Source of the DNA: Podarcis vaucheri
Taxonomy: Eukaryota
NCBI GenBank assembly: GCA_965113315.1
Contig: OZ220364.1
Length of the DNA stretch: 64,000 bases
Strand: one strand, 5' to 3'
The notes beneath the pieces were generated by a model that was given only the letters and a program-made list of their open reading frames with translations, searched no databases and was not told the origin of the DNA. The position numbers and the translations under genes were made by a program. Positions 13,495 through 24,340 of this stretch are shown here, in pieces. Each line of letters starts with the position of its first letter. The stretch's first letter is position 1.

Positions 13495-13551
13495 AATGTC
13501 AGTCAACCAATGTCAGTCAACTGAATGTCAGTCAACCAATGTCAGTCAACT
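13495..13551. repeat. Short tandem repeat, 4 x AATGTCAGTCAAC(C/TG)
   Basis: Alternating 14/15-bp units, i.e. a duplicated 29-bp dimer. Confidence 0.9.
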
Positions 13552-14102
13552 AAAGAGGAACATTTTTGGAAATGTTGAATTGTGGTGCGCTGAGAACACA
13601 AAAGGGAGGTTCGAGGCTTGTTCATCTCATGCTTGAATAAGCTGAGCTGCGTACATTCCAACTGGGCCATAAAGTGCTCCCTCCATGGAAGATTCACTCT
13701 GTGTAGCATTCCCAGGCATTTGAGAGCCTGTAGAGCGCTCTCTCTCTCTCTCTCTCTCTCTCTCATACAGTGTTCCTTGCACATAACAAAGCTTTTCGTT
13801 CCAGCTCCAGCCCTCCTGTGTAGATTGAATAAATAAATATATCTCCAAATATACTCTTTAAACGCCAGTTTATTGCAAGGGAAGTCAACACGTTCTTACT
13901 GTTTTGTGTTATTCACTTTTTTGTGGCGCTGCCTATTTATTGCATCCTACAAAACTTGTATGTTTTGATGGTCGTGGTCCATGTAGAGGCAGCAGCAGAT
14001 GGGCGGCTGCTTTTGATATAAGGCTTTAATATTGCATGCAAGCCATAGACGTATATAGCTGTGGGATAATTACTTTTTCCCCCTGTAATGCAAAGCTGTC
14101 GA

Positions 14103-14231
14103 NNNNNNNNNNNNNNNNNNNNNNNNNNNNNNNNNNNNNNNNNNNNNNNNNNNNNNNNNNNNNNNNNNNNNNNNNNNNNNNNNNNNNNNNNNNNNNNNNN
14201 NNNNNNNNNNNNNNNNNNNNNNNNNNNNNNN
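14103..14231. other. Assembly gap (N run)
   Basis: Ns. Confidence 1.
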
Positions 14232-14692
14232 AATCTAATAAATAATTCCTATGTGTCTGTTTTGTCTCAGCTGGTGGACCAATAGTGGTTTTTTGCTTGA
14301 TGAACAGCTGCTTGATTCTAGCAGGTTAGCTCCCAGAGGGGCACAGTTCATCTCTCCATAAGGAGGATGTCTTCCACAGGACATAGAATGTAATTACAGC
14401 ACGGCTGGGTAGTACTCCAGTTGCTTAGGTTGACTTCTCATTGCTATTTACAGCAGGTTTTTCCTCCCTCTCTCATAATACTAGAACTCAGGGGCAGCCC
14501 ATGAAGCTGACTGCTGAAAGATGTGGGGCAGACCAAGGGAAATACTTTTACATGGTCATATGACACCCTTATGACGCCCCCTCCCATGGGAGGCAACGAG
14601 GGTCACCAGCTTGTATGGGTTTAAAAGAGGAATGGACAAATGGATGGAGGACTGGTTATGGTTGGAGGCAACACGCCTCTGAATACCAGCTA

Positions 14693-16084
14693 CAGTGGTA
14701 CCTCGGGTTACATACGCTTCAGGTTACATACACTTCAGGTTACAGACTCAGCTAACCCAGAAATAGTGCTTCAGGTTAAGAACTTTGCTTCAGGATACAA
14801 TCTATTTCAGAGAAACAGACCAGACAAGAAAGGAGGAGGAGTGGCGTTATATGTCAGGGATGTGTATACCTGTGAAGAGATCCAAGATTTAGAACCTCAA
14901 AGCCAAAGTGAGAGCATTTGGGTCAAAATTAAGGGAGAGAAGAATAACAGGGACCTCATTGTGGGAGTTTAGCCAAACGGAGGACATAGATGATGCCTTC
15001 CTGGAACAGATGGCCAAGCATGCAAAAGGAAGGGAGATAGTAGTAATGGGGGACTTCAATTACCCGGATATTTGTTGGATGTCAAACTCAGCCAAGAGCA
15101 TAAGGTCAAACAGATTCCTCACTGGCCTTGCAGACAACTTCATTGTCCAGAAAGTGGGAGAAGCAACAAGAGGAACAGCCATTTTAGATCTGGTCCTAAC
15201 CAAAGTTGATGACCTGGTTAGTGGGGTAGAAGTGGAAGGATCATTAGGCGCGAGTGATCATGCTCTTCTGAAGTTTACTATACAGCGGAAAGGAGCAGCC
15301 AAGCATACTAGGACTCAATTTCTTGACTTTAAGAAAGCCGACTTCATAAAACTTAGGGAAGTGCTGGGTGAGATCCCATGGACAGTAATACTAAAAGGAA
15401 AGGGAGTTCATGATGGCTGGGAGTTTGTTAAGAGGGAGATACTAAAAGCACAACGTCAGGCAATACCAATGAGACGGAAACATGGAAGGTGCCTAAAGAA
15501 GCCAGGGTGGCTATCTAAAGAACTTTTAACTGAGTTAAGATTTAAAAAGGATGTGTACAAAAAATGGAAAAGGGGGGAAACCACCAAAGAGGAATTCAAA
15601 CAAATAGCCAGCACGTGTAGACACAAAGTCAGAAAAGCTAAAGCACAGAATGAACTCAGGCTTGCTAGAGAGGTTAAAAGCAACAAAAAAGGCTTCTATG
15701 GGTATGTTCGTAGCAAAAGGAAGAACAAAGAAACAGTGGGGTCACTCAGAGGAGAAGATGGTGAAATGCAAACAATAAGAGCTGTTCGACAGTGGAATTT
15801 GCTGCCAAGGAGTGTGGTGGAGTCTCCTACTTTGGAGGTCTTTAAGCAGAGGCTTGACAACCATATGTCAGGAGTGCTCTGATGGTGTTTCCTGCTTGGC
15901 AGGGGGTTGGACTCGATGGCCCTTCTGGTCTCTTCCAACTCTATGATTCTAGGATTCTAGGATGAGAACAGAAATCATGCTCTGGCAGCACAGCAGCAGT
16001 AGGAGGCCCCATTAGCTAAAGTGGTGCTTCAGGTTAAGAACGGACCTCTGGAACGAATTAAGTACTTAACCCGAGGTACCGCTG
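14693..16084 (-). mobile_element. Tigger-like MITE family A, copy 4, split by a CR1 insertion (14693-14796 plus 15959-16084)
   Basis: The two halves rejoin at CTTCAGGAT|GAGAACAGAAAT, which is contiguous in other copies; TA flanks. Confidence 0.9.
14797..15958 (+). mobile_element. Young CR1 LINE, 5'-truncated and internally deleted (endonuclease plus linker fused to the ORF2 C-terminus; no RT)
   Basis: APE motifs GGGVALYV, IVVMGDFNYPDICW, TRGTAILDLVL and LGASDH, followed directly by RAVRQWNLLPRSVVESPTLEVFKQRLD. Tail of ATTCTA(T/G)G repeats; AGGAT duplicated at 14792-14796 and 15959-15963. Confidence 0.92.
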
Positions 16085-16489
16085 TACTGGGCATCACAAA
16101 TTTAGAGAGCTCTGTTGTACTTGGGTCCTTCTTGTAGGCTTCCCATAGGCCTCTGTGAAGACAGGATGATTAATTCGATGGGCCTCTGGCCTGATCCACT
16201 AGGGCTGTTCTTATGCCCTTACTGTGACTTCTAACATGATTGTCAGTAACTCATTATGGGGCCAATCCTTTTCAGGGTCGCACCCGTATGCCAGATAACG
16301 CAAGCATGTGGAAGAGTACAAGGGAAGAACTGGCATACTCAGCGTTGGGGGCGAAAGGGCGGGTTAGCCTTGCACGTTGAGTTAGCAAGGTTTCAGGATG
16401 GATAAGCAAGTGAGAATTTGTAGCAGGCGTGTCCAGGACCTCTAAGTTGCTCAGACAGCTAGCAACTTAGACAGTATCATATAGTGCAG

Positions 16490-16750
16490 GGTGTAGTGGT
16501 TCAGAGCAGTGGACTTGTAATCTGGTGAACTGGGTTCGCTTCCCCCTCCTCCACCTGCAGCTGCTGGGTGACCTTGGGGCTAGTAACACTTCTCTGAAGT
16601 CTCTCAGCCTCACTCACCTCACAGAGTGTTTGTTGTGGGGGATGAAGGAAAAGGAGAGTGTTAGCCACTTTGAGACTCCTTAGGGTAGTGATAAAGCGGG
16701 ATATCAAAGCCAAACTCCTCCTCCTCCTCCTCCTCCTCTTCTTCTTCTTC
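16490..16750 (+). mobile_element. tRNA-derived squamate SINE (Squam3-like)
   Basis: A/B-box-like head (GGTGTAGTGGTT...GGGTTCGCTTCCCC), CORE-like GGGTGACCTTGG...CTCAGCCTCAC, and a (CTC/CTT)n tail. Confidence 0.7.
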
Positions 16751-16988
16751 CAAATGTTGTCGGTACTACAGCTCTCACTTTTGGCGACCAGTGGCCGTGC
16801 TGGTTGGCGCTGACGGAAACGGGAGTTGATCAACATCTAGAGAGCCACAGGATCCCCATTCCTTACATAGTATATGTTGAACACTGGGCTGCGTGTGGCG
16901 TAGCTTGAAGTTTGGTTTTCCAGGTGGAGCAGGCAGTGGTTGGATGGAGTTTAGAGTTTGTGTAGTTCACAATTTTGGCCTCCGGGGG

Positions 16989-17140
16989 CATAGAATTGTA
17001 GAGTTGGAAGAGAAGCCAAGGGTCACCCTGTCCAACCCCCTGCAATGCAGGAATCTTGCCCACAGCTATCCCTGGATGGGTTTGAACCACCAACCTTCTA
17101 GTTAACAGACAGACATACTGATCCCTTGCGCCACAGAGCC
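16989..17140 (-). mobile_element. SINE with tRNA-Asn(GTT)-derived head and CR1 3' tail
   Basis: Head 17140-17067, GGCTCTGTGGCGCAAGGGATCAGTATGTCTGTCTGTTAACTAGAAGGTTGGTGGTTCAAACCCATCCAGGGA, resembles tRNA-Asn. Tail AGATTCCTGCATTGCAGGGGGTTGGAC...TTCCAACTCTACAATTCTATG is a CR1 end. Confidence 0.8.
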
Positions 17141-17143
17141 CTT

Positions 17144-17278
17144 CATAGAATTGGAAGGGACCATGTGGGTCATTGAGTCTAACCCCCTGCAATGCAGGAA
17201 TCTTTTGCTTAGCGTGGGGCTCGAACCCACAGCCTTGAGATTAAGAGTCTCATGCTCTGCCGACTGAGCTATCCCAGC
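17144..17278 (-). mobile_element. SINE with tRNA-Lys(CTT)-derived head and CR1 3' tail
   Basis: Head 17278-17206, GCTGGGATAGCTCAGTCGGCAGAGCATGAGACTCTTAATCTCAAGGCTGTGGGTTCGAGCCCCACGCTAAGCA, is tRNA-Lys-like with a broken acceptor stem. It is followed by the same CR1-type tail. Confidence 0.88.
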
Positions 17279-18518
17279 ATGATAATGTGTGGTGGTTATA
17301 TGGCCTGACTGATGCCTGAGTGGCAAAGGGGATGAGGCCCAGGGACTATGGTTCAAGATCTATGACACCTTTTAATCTTGGGATTTTGGTTTGAACTAGT
17401 GTCAAATGTAGCCATGCTCACAAATATTTAAATAGCATCATTTTTATTTTTTTAAAGTAAGTATGCACAGGATCATAGGGCTTGAAGAAGCTGCTTAAGC
17501 TGATCAGGTTCTAATTTTAGGTCAACTTGAAAGTGATTATAGCAGCAAAATCTGAAATAGTTGTGGCGCTAGAAGAATCCATGCTGTTACAAGATTGTAA
17601 TAGTAGGCTAGATCTTAAGCGTTCATTGTGTTTGGCACTGAGAGCCAACTTGCCCCATTCCTTATATTTTCAGATCTTCAGCTGTATAGGAAATAGAAAT
17701 TTAACAGCAAATTCAACCCTCTTCAGTTCCATGCAAAGGTTTCTCTGTCTCCTCCCCCCCCCTCTTCTTTTTCTCTTTCTGCACAATTCAGCCACAATTG
17801 GAAGGAGTTAGGAGCATAGCCGAGGAGAGAAGTAGCCAGATTTGGAGCACATAACAAATTCATGGCTGATGAAGGATTGCAGCACAGGGCTCCCTAACCA
17901 GTACTCCACTAGATATCCATCAGTGGATATGGATGAAATATCTGCTAGATCACAGTGGCTCTCATTTTTTTAATATAGATTTTATTTAGAACCTGTTTGG
18001 CCCTGATGCCTTTTTTTAAAAAAAATTACGTTTCTTGTTCATTTGGGGATGCTTGGAAAGTCTGAAACTCAGGTGAGAACTGCACTGAAATTAAGACTGA
18101 AAATCTCACAGTTACACAAGAATAAACCCCAATATTGTGACTGGGACTTGTCTGGATGGAAGCGTGAACAACCTAATCTAATAACCTGATAACGATGTTT
18201 TGTGCTTTGGGAGCTTGGGAGAGGGAAACCATCAAGATGCAATTTATTTCACAGAAGCTAGAGCACACCTGGATAAAATTAAGAAGTACTGTACCATACA
18301 CTGGTGCCATCTAAACGCCTTCTTCTAAGGATGCGGAATATTTTGCTCATAAACATGCATACAGTGTACTCTATGCAAAAATCTTAAAGAGTTATTTCCT
18401 AGCCTTGTTTATTGCGGGTTGCAGGTGACCACAACTATGCTGCTTAATAGCTCTGTTGACTGCTGCATGAACTGCTCATAATGAACATTGTGATCTCCTC
18501 CCCATCTCATTTCTGTAG

Positions 18519-18660
18519 GCTGTTCAGTTGGCCCCTAGACGATGGCTAAACCTGCAGGAATACCAGAGTAAGAAACTGATGGCTGATCATGGGGTCACAG
18601 TTCAGAGATTCTTCGTGGCTGACACTGCAAATGATGCTCTTGAGGCTGCTAAGAGACTAA
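18519..18660 (+). CDS. SUCLG2: Internal coding exon (exon 2) of succinate-CoA ligase [GDP-forming] beta subunit, mitochondrial
   Basis: Translates AVQLAPRRWLNLQEYQSKKLMADHGVTVQRFFVADTANDALEAAKRL, matching the recalled vertebrate SUCLG2 N-terminus (AVQLTSRRWLNLQEYQSKKLMSDNGVRVQRFFVADTANEALEAAKRL). Pyrimidine tract plus TGTAG acceptor ends at 18518 and GTAAGT donor starts at 18661. Length 142 nt, phase 0 start and phase 1 end. No other SUCLG2 exon found in the window. Confidence 0.96.
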
Positions 18661-19071
18661 GTAAGTTGACTAGTAATGAAGTGAAACCTGCAGAGGCTGT
18701 AAACCAGTCTGGAAAATTATGTTGTGCTGCAAATATATCGTTGCATACATGTTGCATACGGTCTTTGAAGCGAAGACACGTTTTTATTCTAGGGATCGGA
18801 AATATATAAAGATAACGAACATGGTTTCAAATGCAATCTTTATTCCATTTAGTCCCAGAGGCTCTGAGTGTCAGCATATATACATATATAACGGAACGTG
18901 TAGTGTAGTGCAGAACAGCAGATGCTGTTGCTCAATATGACTTTTCCAGAATTTCATTTCCCTTTCTTGCTATCAGTCCTGCTAAACAGCAAACTTGGAT
19001 AGTGAGCACTGACAGGATTGTAGACAAACTGGGACCACTGATAAACAGGAGGGATAGTCCTATACTTGGGC

Positions 19072-19413
19072 GGGACGCGGGTGGCGCTGTGGGTTAAACC
19101 ACAAAGCCTAGGACTTGCTGATCAGAAGGTTGGCCTGTTTGAATCCCCACAGTGGGGTGAGCTCCCGTCGCTCAGTCCCTGTTCCTGCCAACCTAGCAGT
19201 TCGAAAGCACGTCAAAGTGCAAGTAGATAAATAGGTACCGCTCCAGCGGGAAGGTAAACGGCGTTTCCGTGCGCTGCTCTGGTTTGCCAGAAGCAGCCTA
19301 GTCATGCTGGCCACATGACCTGGAAGCTGTACGCCGGCTCCCTCGGCCAATAAAGCGAGATGAGCGCCGCAACCTCACGATTGGACCTAATGGTCAGGGG
19401 TCCCTTTACCTTT
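19072..19413 (+). mobile_element. Sauria (Squam1-type) SINE
   Basis: GGGACGCGGGTGGCGCTGTGGGTTAAACCAC head, ACCTTT tail; TSD core TCCTATACTT. Confidence 0.9.
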
Positions 19414-20798
19414 TAATCCTATACTTAGGGTAGGGCTGGGGACCCCAGTATTGCAGAATCTTAGAAAATAAAAAAATAAAAAATCCACCAAAGGGGGCAA
19501 CCTCCCCCACAAAAAAAACCCCAATGTGAAATGAGCATGCTCACTAATTATGAAGTGTTGACTATCAGTTGGAAAAGGAAAGTGGTGTGTAGGAGAGAAT
19601 GGAATGGCATTCCAGAATGGGGCAGGGCTGGTTGCCTAGGCCCCTAAGCAAGAAACATGCTGTTAGATAATGAGGGTACTACAGTCTTGTGTTGCCAGGT
19701 CCCACGTGTACTTTAAAAAATAAATAAATGAAAAAAGAAAGTGTGGCTGGCGGGAGGAATTGTTGCTTAGTCTGCATGGTGACCAAGCTGCCAGATGCCA
19801 TTAGCTGGTTACTAGATATGTATGCAAGTCTACATCTCTGCATTCTTATTTACTGAGCTGATTTTGTTATGTTGTTAGTGTGCTGCCAAAACTCCCCTTG
19901 GCTGTTATGCCAGGGGGTGGGGGTGGTCTCCCTGTGCACATGTGAATTGTAGGTGTTTGCAGTATTAATGTTAATGGTTTATATGAATTTTTAATGATAT
20001 AATGTGTTTATGTTTATGTAAGTCGCTTGGAAACCTTGGTAATAAGTGACTAATACATCTAAATATTATTACTATTATTAAGTAGCAAGTTTCTAGACTC
20101 TGGGGCTTATTTCTGCAAAAACCTGCATAGGACTGTGCTGCAAGCCATTGCTAAGTAGTTTATTTTATGTTTGTTACATTTCTGCGTAAAAGTCCTTGGA
20201 TCACCAGGTAAAGAAACTGTCAAACAATAGCAATAAAAAATGTTCCAACAGTAAAACCATCAAAATCAACAGGGAAACCACCAAAGGCAATTAAAAGCCA
20301 GGAAATCAAAGCTGCTTTTACCTGGTGCTTAAAAACATCACCTGAAGTCTGCATAGCTGACCCCATGTAGCAGGAATCTAACCTAGATATTGCCAGCAGA
20401 TCACACTTGTATGAACATCCACCTAACAACACTCTGTTGCTGTGAACCCAGTTTTAGGAATAGTGCAATGTCATCCAAACCAGAGTTGACTATTTCATGG
20501 TCAACTTTGTCCCCATCCACAAATATATTGATCGAGTAATTGAATTTCAGCCATCTCATTTCTGACTCCTGATACCTGTTTAGAATGTCCACAGTCACAC
20601 CTGGGTTCAAGGAAAAGGGGAAACAGAGCTTAATGTCTGATGCGTCACTCCAAATCCCCGAATAGCTGCATGTGTCATGTAGACATGAAACAGAATGGAA
20701 ATCAAATCAAAACAAAACAAAACAAAATGTTTTGTGCACGAAACGTGCACAATCCAGTACCATAATGTCATGGGGAAGCTTCTGAAATCAGTCAGGTA

Positions 20799-21024
20799 CA
20801 GTGGTACCTTGGGTTACATACGCTTCAGGTTACACACTCTGCTAACCCAGAAATAGTGCTTCAGGTTAAGAACTTTGCTTCAAGATGAGAACAGAAATTG
20901 TGCTCCGGCGGCACGGCAGCAGCAGGAGGCCCCATTAGCTAAAGTGGTGCTTCAGGTTAAGAACAGTTTCAGGTTAAGAACGGACCTCCGGAATGAATTA
21001 AGTACTTAACCCGAGGTACCACTC
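20799..21024 (-). mobile_element. Tigger-like MITE family A, copy 5
   Basis: TIRs and TA flanks. Confidence 0.9.
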
Positions 21025-21518
21025 TAGTTGGTTTGGAATCCTAGCATTTCATTGAGCACTTTTATCCTGCTTTATAGCTCCAAAGTAGCTTACTAAAGAT
21101 TCTCATAGTATAATGAGTCTTCCCTTATATGTTCTTTTGGCCACCACATACTGGGCAGCAGCTTGTACTAAGTGCCTCTGGGGTAAAGGAGTGGGGCGGA
21201 ATGAAGTCTTGTGGTGAAGTCTCACCTTTCCTTTCCCTGTTTTATGAAGGGCAACATGATTTCTGCCCAGCCTGTCACACATGTGAAGATTGGGCAAGTG
21301 CCATCTGTCTTGGCTTCTTTGTGCTCTTGTCGTACGATTAATTCAGGTCAATTGGGAAGACACACAGGCACTCATAGTTAAGAACTGAGCCAGGGACAGG
21401 TCTGGCTCCAGGCCGTTCAAGCCACATACAACATTCTGGAAGAGTGGCAGAGGTATCCGGGAGCTCCATGGGCTTCTCTTATCCCCACACCTTGGTTTGA
21501 AACCTATTGGCTTTAATG

Positions 21519-21654
21519 CAGGCATAGGCAAACTCTGGCCGTCCAGATGTTTGGGACTACAATTCCCATCGTCCCTAGTTAACAGGACCAGTGGTCAGGG
21601 ATGATGGGAATTGTAGTCCCAAACATCTGGAGGGCCGGAGTTTGCCTATGCCTG
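21519..21654. mobile_element. Palindromic hAT-type MITE
   Basis: Near-perfect inverted arms of ~55 bp; perfect 8-bp TSD CTTTAATG at 21511-21518 and 21655-21662. Confidence 0.92.
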
Positions 21655-22673
21655 CTTTAATGGGACTTCAAAGTCAATTCGTAACTGTGTGCTTAGTGCC
21701 GGTAAGGGCTGCGTTCCAAATTAAAGAACTAAGCTCTACATATGCAGCCTTGCTCTTCCATAGGTGAAAGTTGTTTCGGTAATAGTCCTTCAGATTGCAA
21801 TGACAATAAGGCAGCAGAATGCAGTGTGTGCCACTTCAGCAGATTAAATGAAAATTATCTCCTGTGAGGCTCTGAACTCATCATTTTTAATCTCTCCCTT
21901 TTCATTCTCTCATCAGCTCACTTTAAGGACTGCTGAGCCCAGAAAAAGATCTTGTAGCGTACCTTTACTCGCTGCTTTTAACTTGAGATGTGATACTACT
22001 TAATAAGATAAGGGCTTTTATAAATAGGACTGAAAAGAAAACTAGTTGTATGCCTGTCATAATAAAAAGAGACGGATCTCTAGACTGAGTAATGTTCTCA
22101 CTGTTCGGCATTTCCATGGTTTATTAATGATATTGCCATTGATTGCAGTGTATGATTACAGGGATATTAATATCGGAAGGGGGGTGGGAAGCATATTGCG
22201 TTTTTAAAACATGGAGCAAACAGCAATAACAAAGGGGCTGGAGTTGTCAAGCATGGGATGCGTTTCTGCTTGCACAATTTTCTGCCAGCTCCCCTATCTC
22301 TCTGCAGGTCCCCATTTCTGAGAATCACCCGACCCAAACTGGACTCTGAAGTGGGGGTTCATACATTGGGCAGGCCATGGTTGGTCCATGGACTGGAGCA
22401 CGTTAGGAGCCCAGCTGTGACTGAACAATGTTGTATGAAACTGGAATGCATAGTGGGAACACATAGTTTCAGAGCCTAGCCAAAGTGGGCTTGAACAGTT
22501 CTGAAAACCAGCATGATACGCAATGATGGAGGAGGGTGTCTCTGCTGAAGTACAATAGCCCCATCTGTACTGGCATTCTGTTGGCTTTGGAAAATGGACC
22601 TGTTTACATAGGCATTCCCTTGATCTCCTGACCTTTTAAATTGCTTTGTTTAATTGGATTGTTTTATTGCCTG

Positions 22674-22772
22674 CGGGAGGCTGCGGGAGGCAGTGAAAGA
22701 CAGGAGTGCCTGGAGTGCTCTGGTCCATGGGGTCATGAAGAGTCGAACATGACTAAACGACTAAACAGCAAC
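22674..22772 (+). mobile_element. BovB extreme 3' fragment
   Basis: BovB tail GGTCCATGGGGTCATGAAGAGTCGAACATGACTAAACGACTAAAC; TSD ATTGCCTG. Confidence 0.88.
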
Positions 22773-23785
22773 ATTGCCTGATTTATTTATGGGTGCTTAT
22801 ATTTAAATATTTGTGGCTTTTTGCACTTTGTAAACCACTTAGGGGCCTATTTCAGCTTTAAGAAATATATAAATTTATTTATGTCGCTGCTGCTGCTGCT
22901 GTTATTCTGCTGTCAGTGTTCCATCACTCTGTCAGTAAAACACATGGCAGTGGAAAAACGTTTATGATTCATTCATTGAACTGTCTTGCATCTTCCATCT
23001 TTGAAGGCATGTTTCCATCATTCGCGGCGATAATGTTCCATTTTATTTAAGTGTATCAAGTGCACAGTGAATTAACTGGATTATTTAAGACATCTTTGAA
23101 TTTTAGTGTAAAGGGAATTGCAAGAGCTATGAAATTACTGCCATGCTCCACTAAGCCGTTAATTAACACAGTCCTTGTCGTTAACTTGCTTGTTGGGGCA
23201 TCAGTTTGTTGTGTTTAGTTAAATTCGGTCTGAATAATGCATTTCAAAATTGATATGTTGTTCGTCTACTTATCCCTGCAAACCAACGTATGTTTCATTT
23301 AGTTATCTAGAACGTCATTTGGGCCATTGCAGGATATGACGCCATGATAGTTACATAAACAGAAACCACCATTGCACTTCTGTAGATTTCCCAGATGGTA
23401 TACACTTGCTTCTCTGCTGTACCCTGGGGTTGAAAAACCCTGGCATTCCCTAGAAAGATCATCTTAACTGGGTGTCTTCTCTTTCCCCATGCCCACAAGA
23501 TAGACAAAGTGGTAAAGCAGGCAAAGACCAGTAAAAAACCTGGGTTAGTTGTGTTCATGTCTTCAACCAGACCTTTGGTTGATTAACAGTCTATGTCCTT
23601 TTAAATGTGTTCATTTGAGGGGTATTGTTTTATCACTGTTCTTATTAGGTATTTTGTGTTTATTTATATTGTAATTTTATGTTGTGAACCACCCTGAAAT
23701 CTTCAGATGAAGGGTGGCATACAGAGCTTATAATATAATATAATATAATATAATATAATATAATAATATAATATAATATAATATA

Positions 23786-24338
23786 CCGTATTTTTTGCCC
23801 TATAGGATGCACCGTCCCATAAGACGCACCTAGTTTTTTTGGGGGGAAATAAAGGGGAAAAAATTATTACCCCCCCAGGCGCGGGGCTGGGGCAGCCCAA
23901 GCTTCCCCCGACCCCAGCCCCCAAACAGGCAGCTCTCTGCAAGCCGTGGGAGCCCAGCGGTGGCTCCCGCTGCTTGAGGAGAGATCCGCGAAGCCTGGAC
24001 GCGCTGAGATCAGCACGCACAGGCTTCAGGATGCCGGCAACTCTCCCCAAGCAGCGGGAGCGTTCCCGCTGCTTGAGGAGAGATCCGCGAAGCCTGGACG
24101 CGCTGAGATCAGCGCGTGCAGGCTTCGGGATGCCAGCAACTCTCCCCAAGCAGTGGGAGCGTTCCCGCTGCTTGAGGAGAGGTCCGCGAAGCCTGGAGAG
24201 CGAGAGGGGTCGGTGCGCACCTACCGCTCTCGCTCTCCAGGCTTCAGCGAAAGCCTGCATTCGCCCCATAGGACGCACCCACATTTCCCCTTCATTTTTG
24301 GAGGGGAAAAAGTGCGTCTTATAGGGCGAAAAATACGG
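23786..24338. mobile_element. Non-autonomous Tc2/pogo-like DNA transposon with internal 99-bp tandem palindromes
   Basis: TIR CCGTATTTTTTGCCCTATAGGATGCAC / GTGCGTCTTATAGGGCGAAAAATACGG, TA TSD; inserted into an (AATAT)n tract. Internal units start at 23965, 24064 and 24163. Confidence 0.85.
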
Positions 24339-24340
24339 TA

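Larger units (their letters stand above)
14455..16220 (+). mobile_element. Old CR1 3' fragment (14455-14692 plus 16085-16220) hosting nested insertions
   Basis: CR1 3' sequence ...CTCTGAATACCAGCTA|CTGGGCATCAC...GGCCTGATCCACTAGGGCTGTTCTTATG, collinear with the old CR1 end at 57310-57560. Confidence 0.7.

Noticed and set aside
17206-17278. Functional tRNA-Lys(CTT) gene
   Set aside because: The acceptor stem is mispaired, it is fused to a CR1 tail, and there is no oligo-T terminator. It is a SINE head. The same applies to the Asn-like head at 17067-17140.
18528-18809. 93-aa ORF as a complete gene
   Set aside because: Only 18519-18660 is exonic. The listed start is an internal TTG, and the tail after GTAAGT is intron read-through.
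19108-19350. Recurrent ~80-aa ORF (MAEGAGVQLPGHVASMT…) at several loci
   Set aside because: Antisense translation of non-coding Sauria SINE copies.
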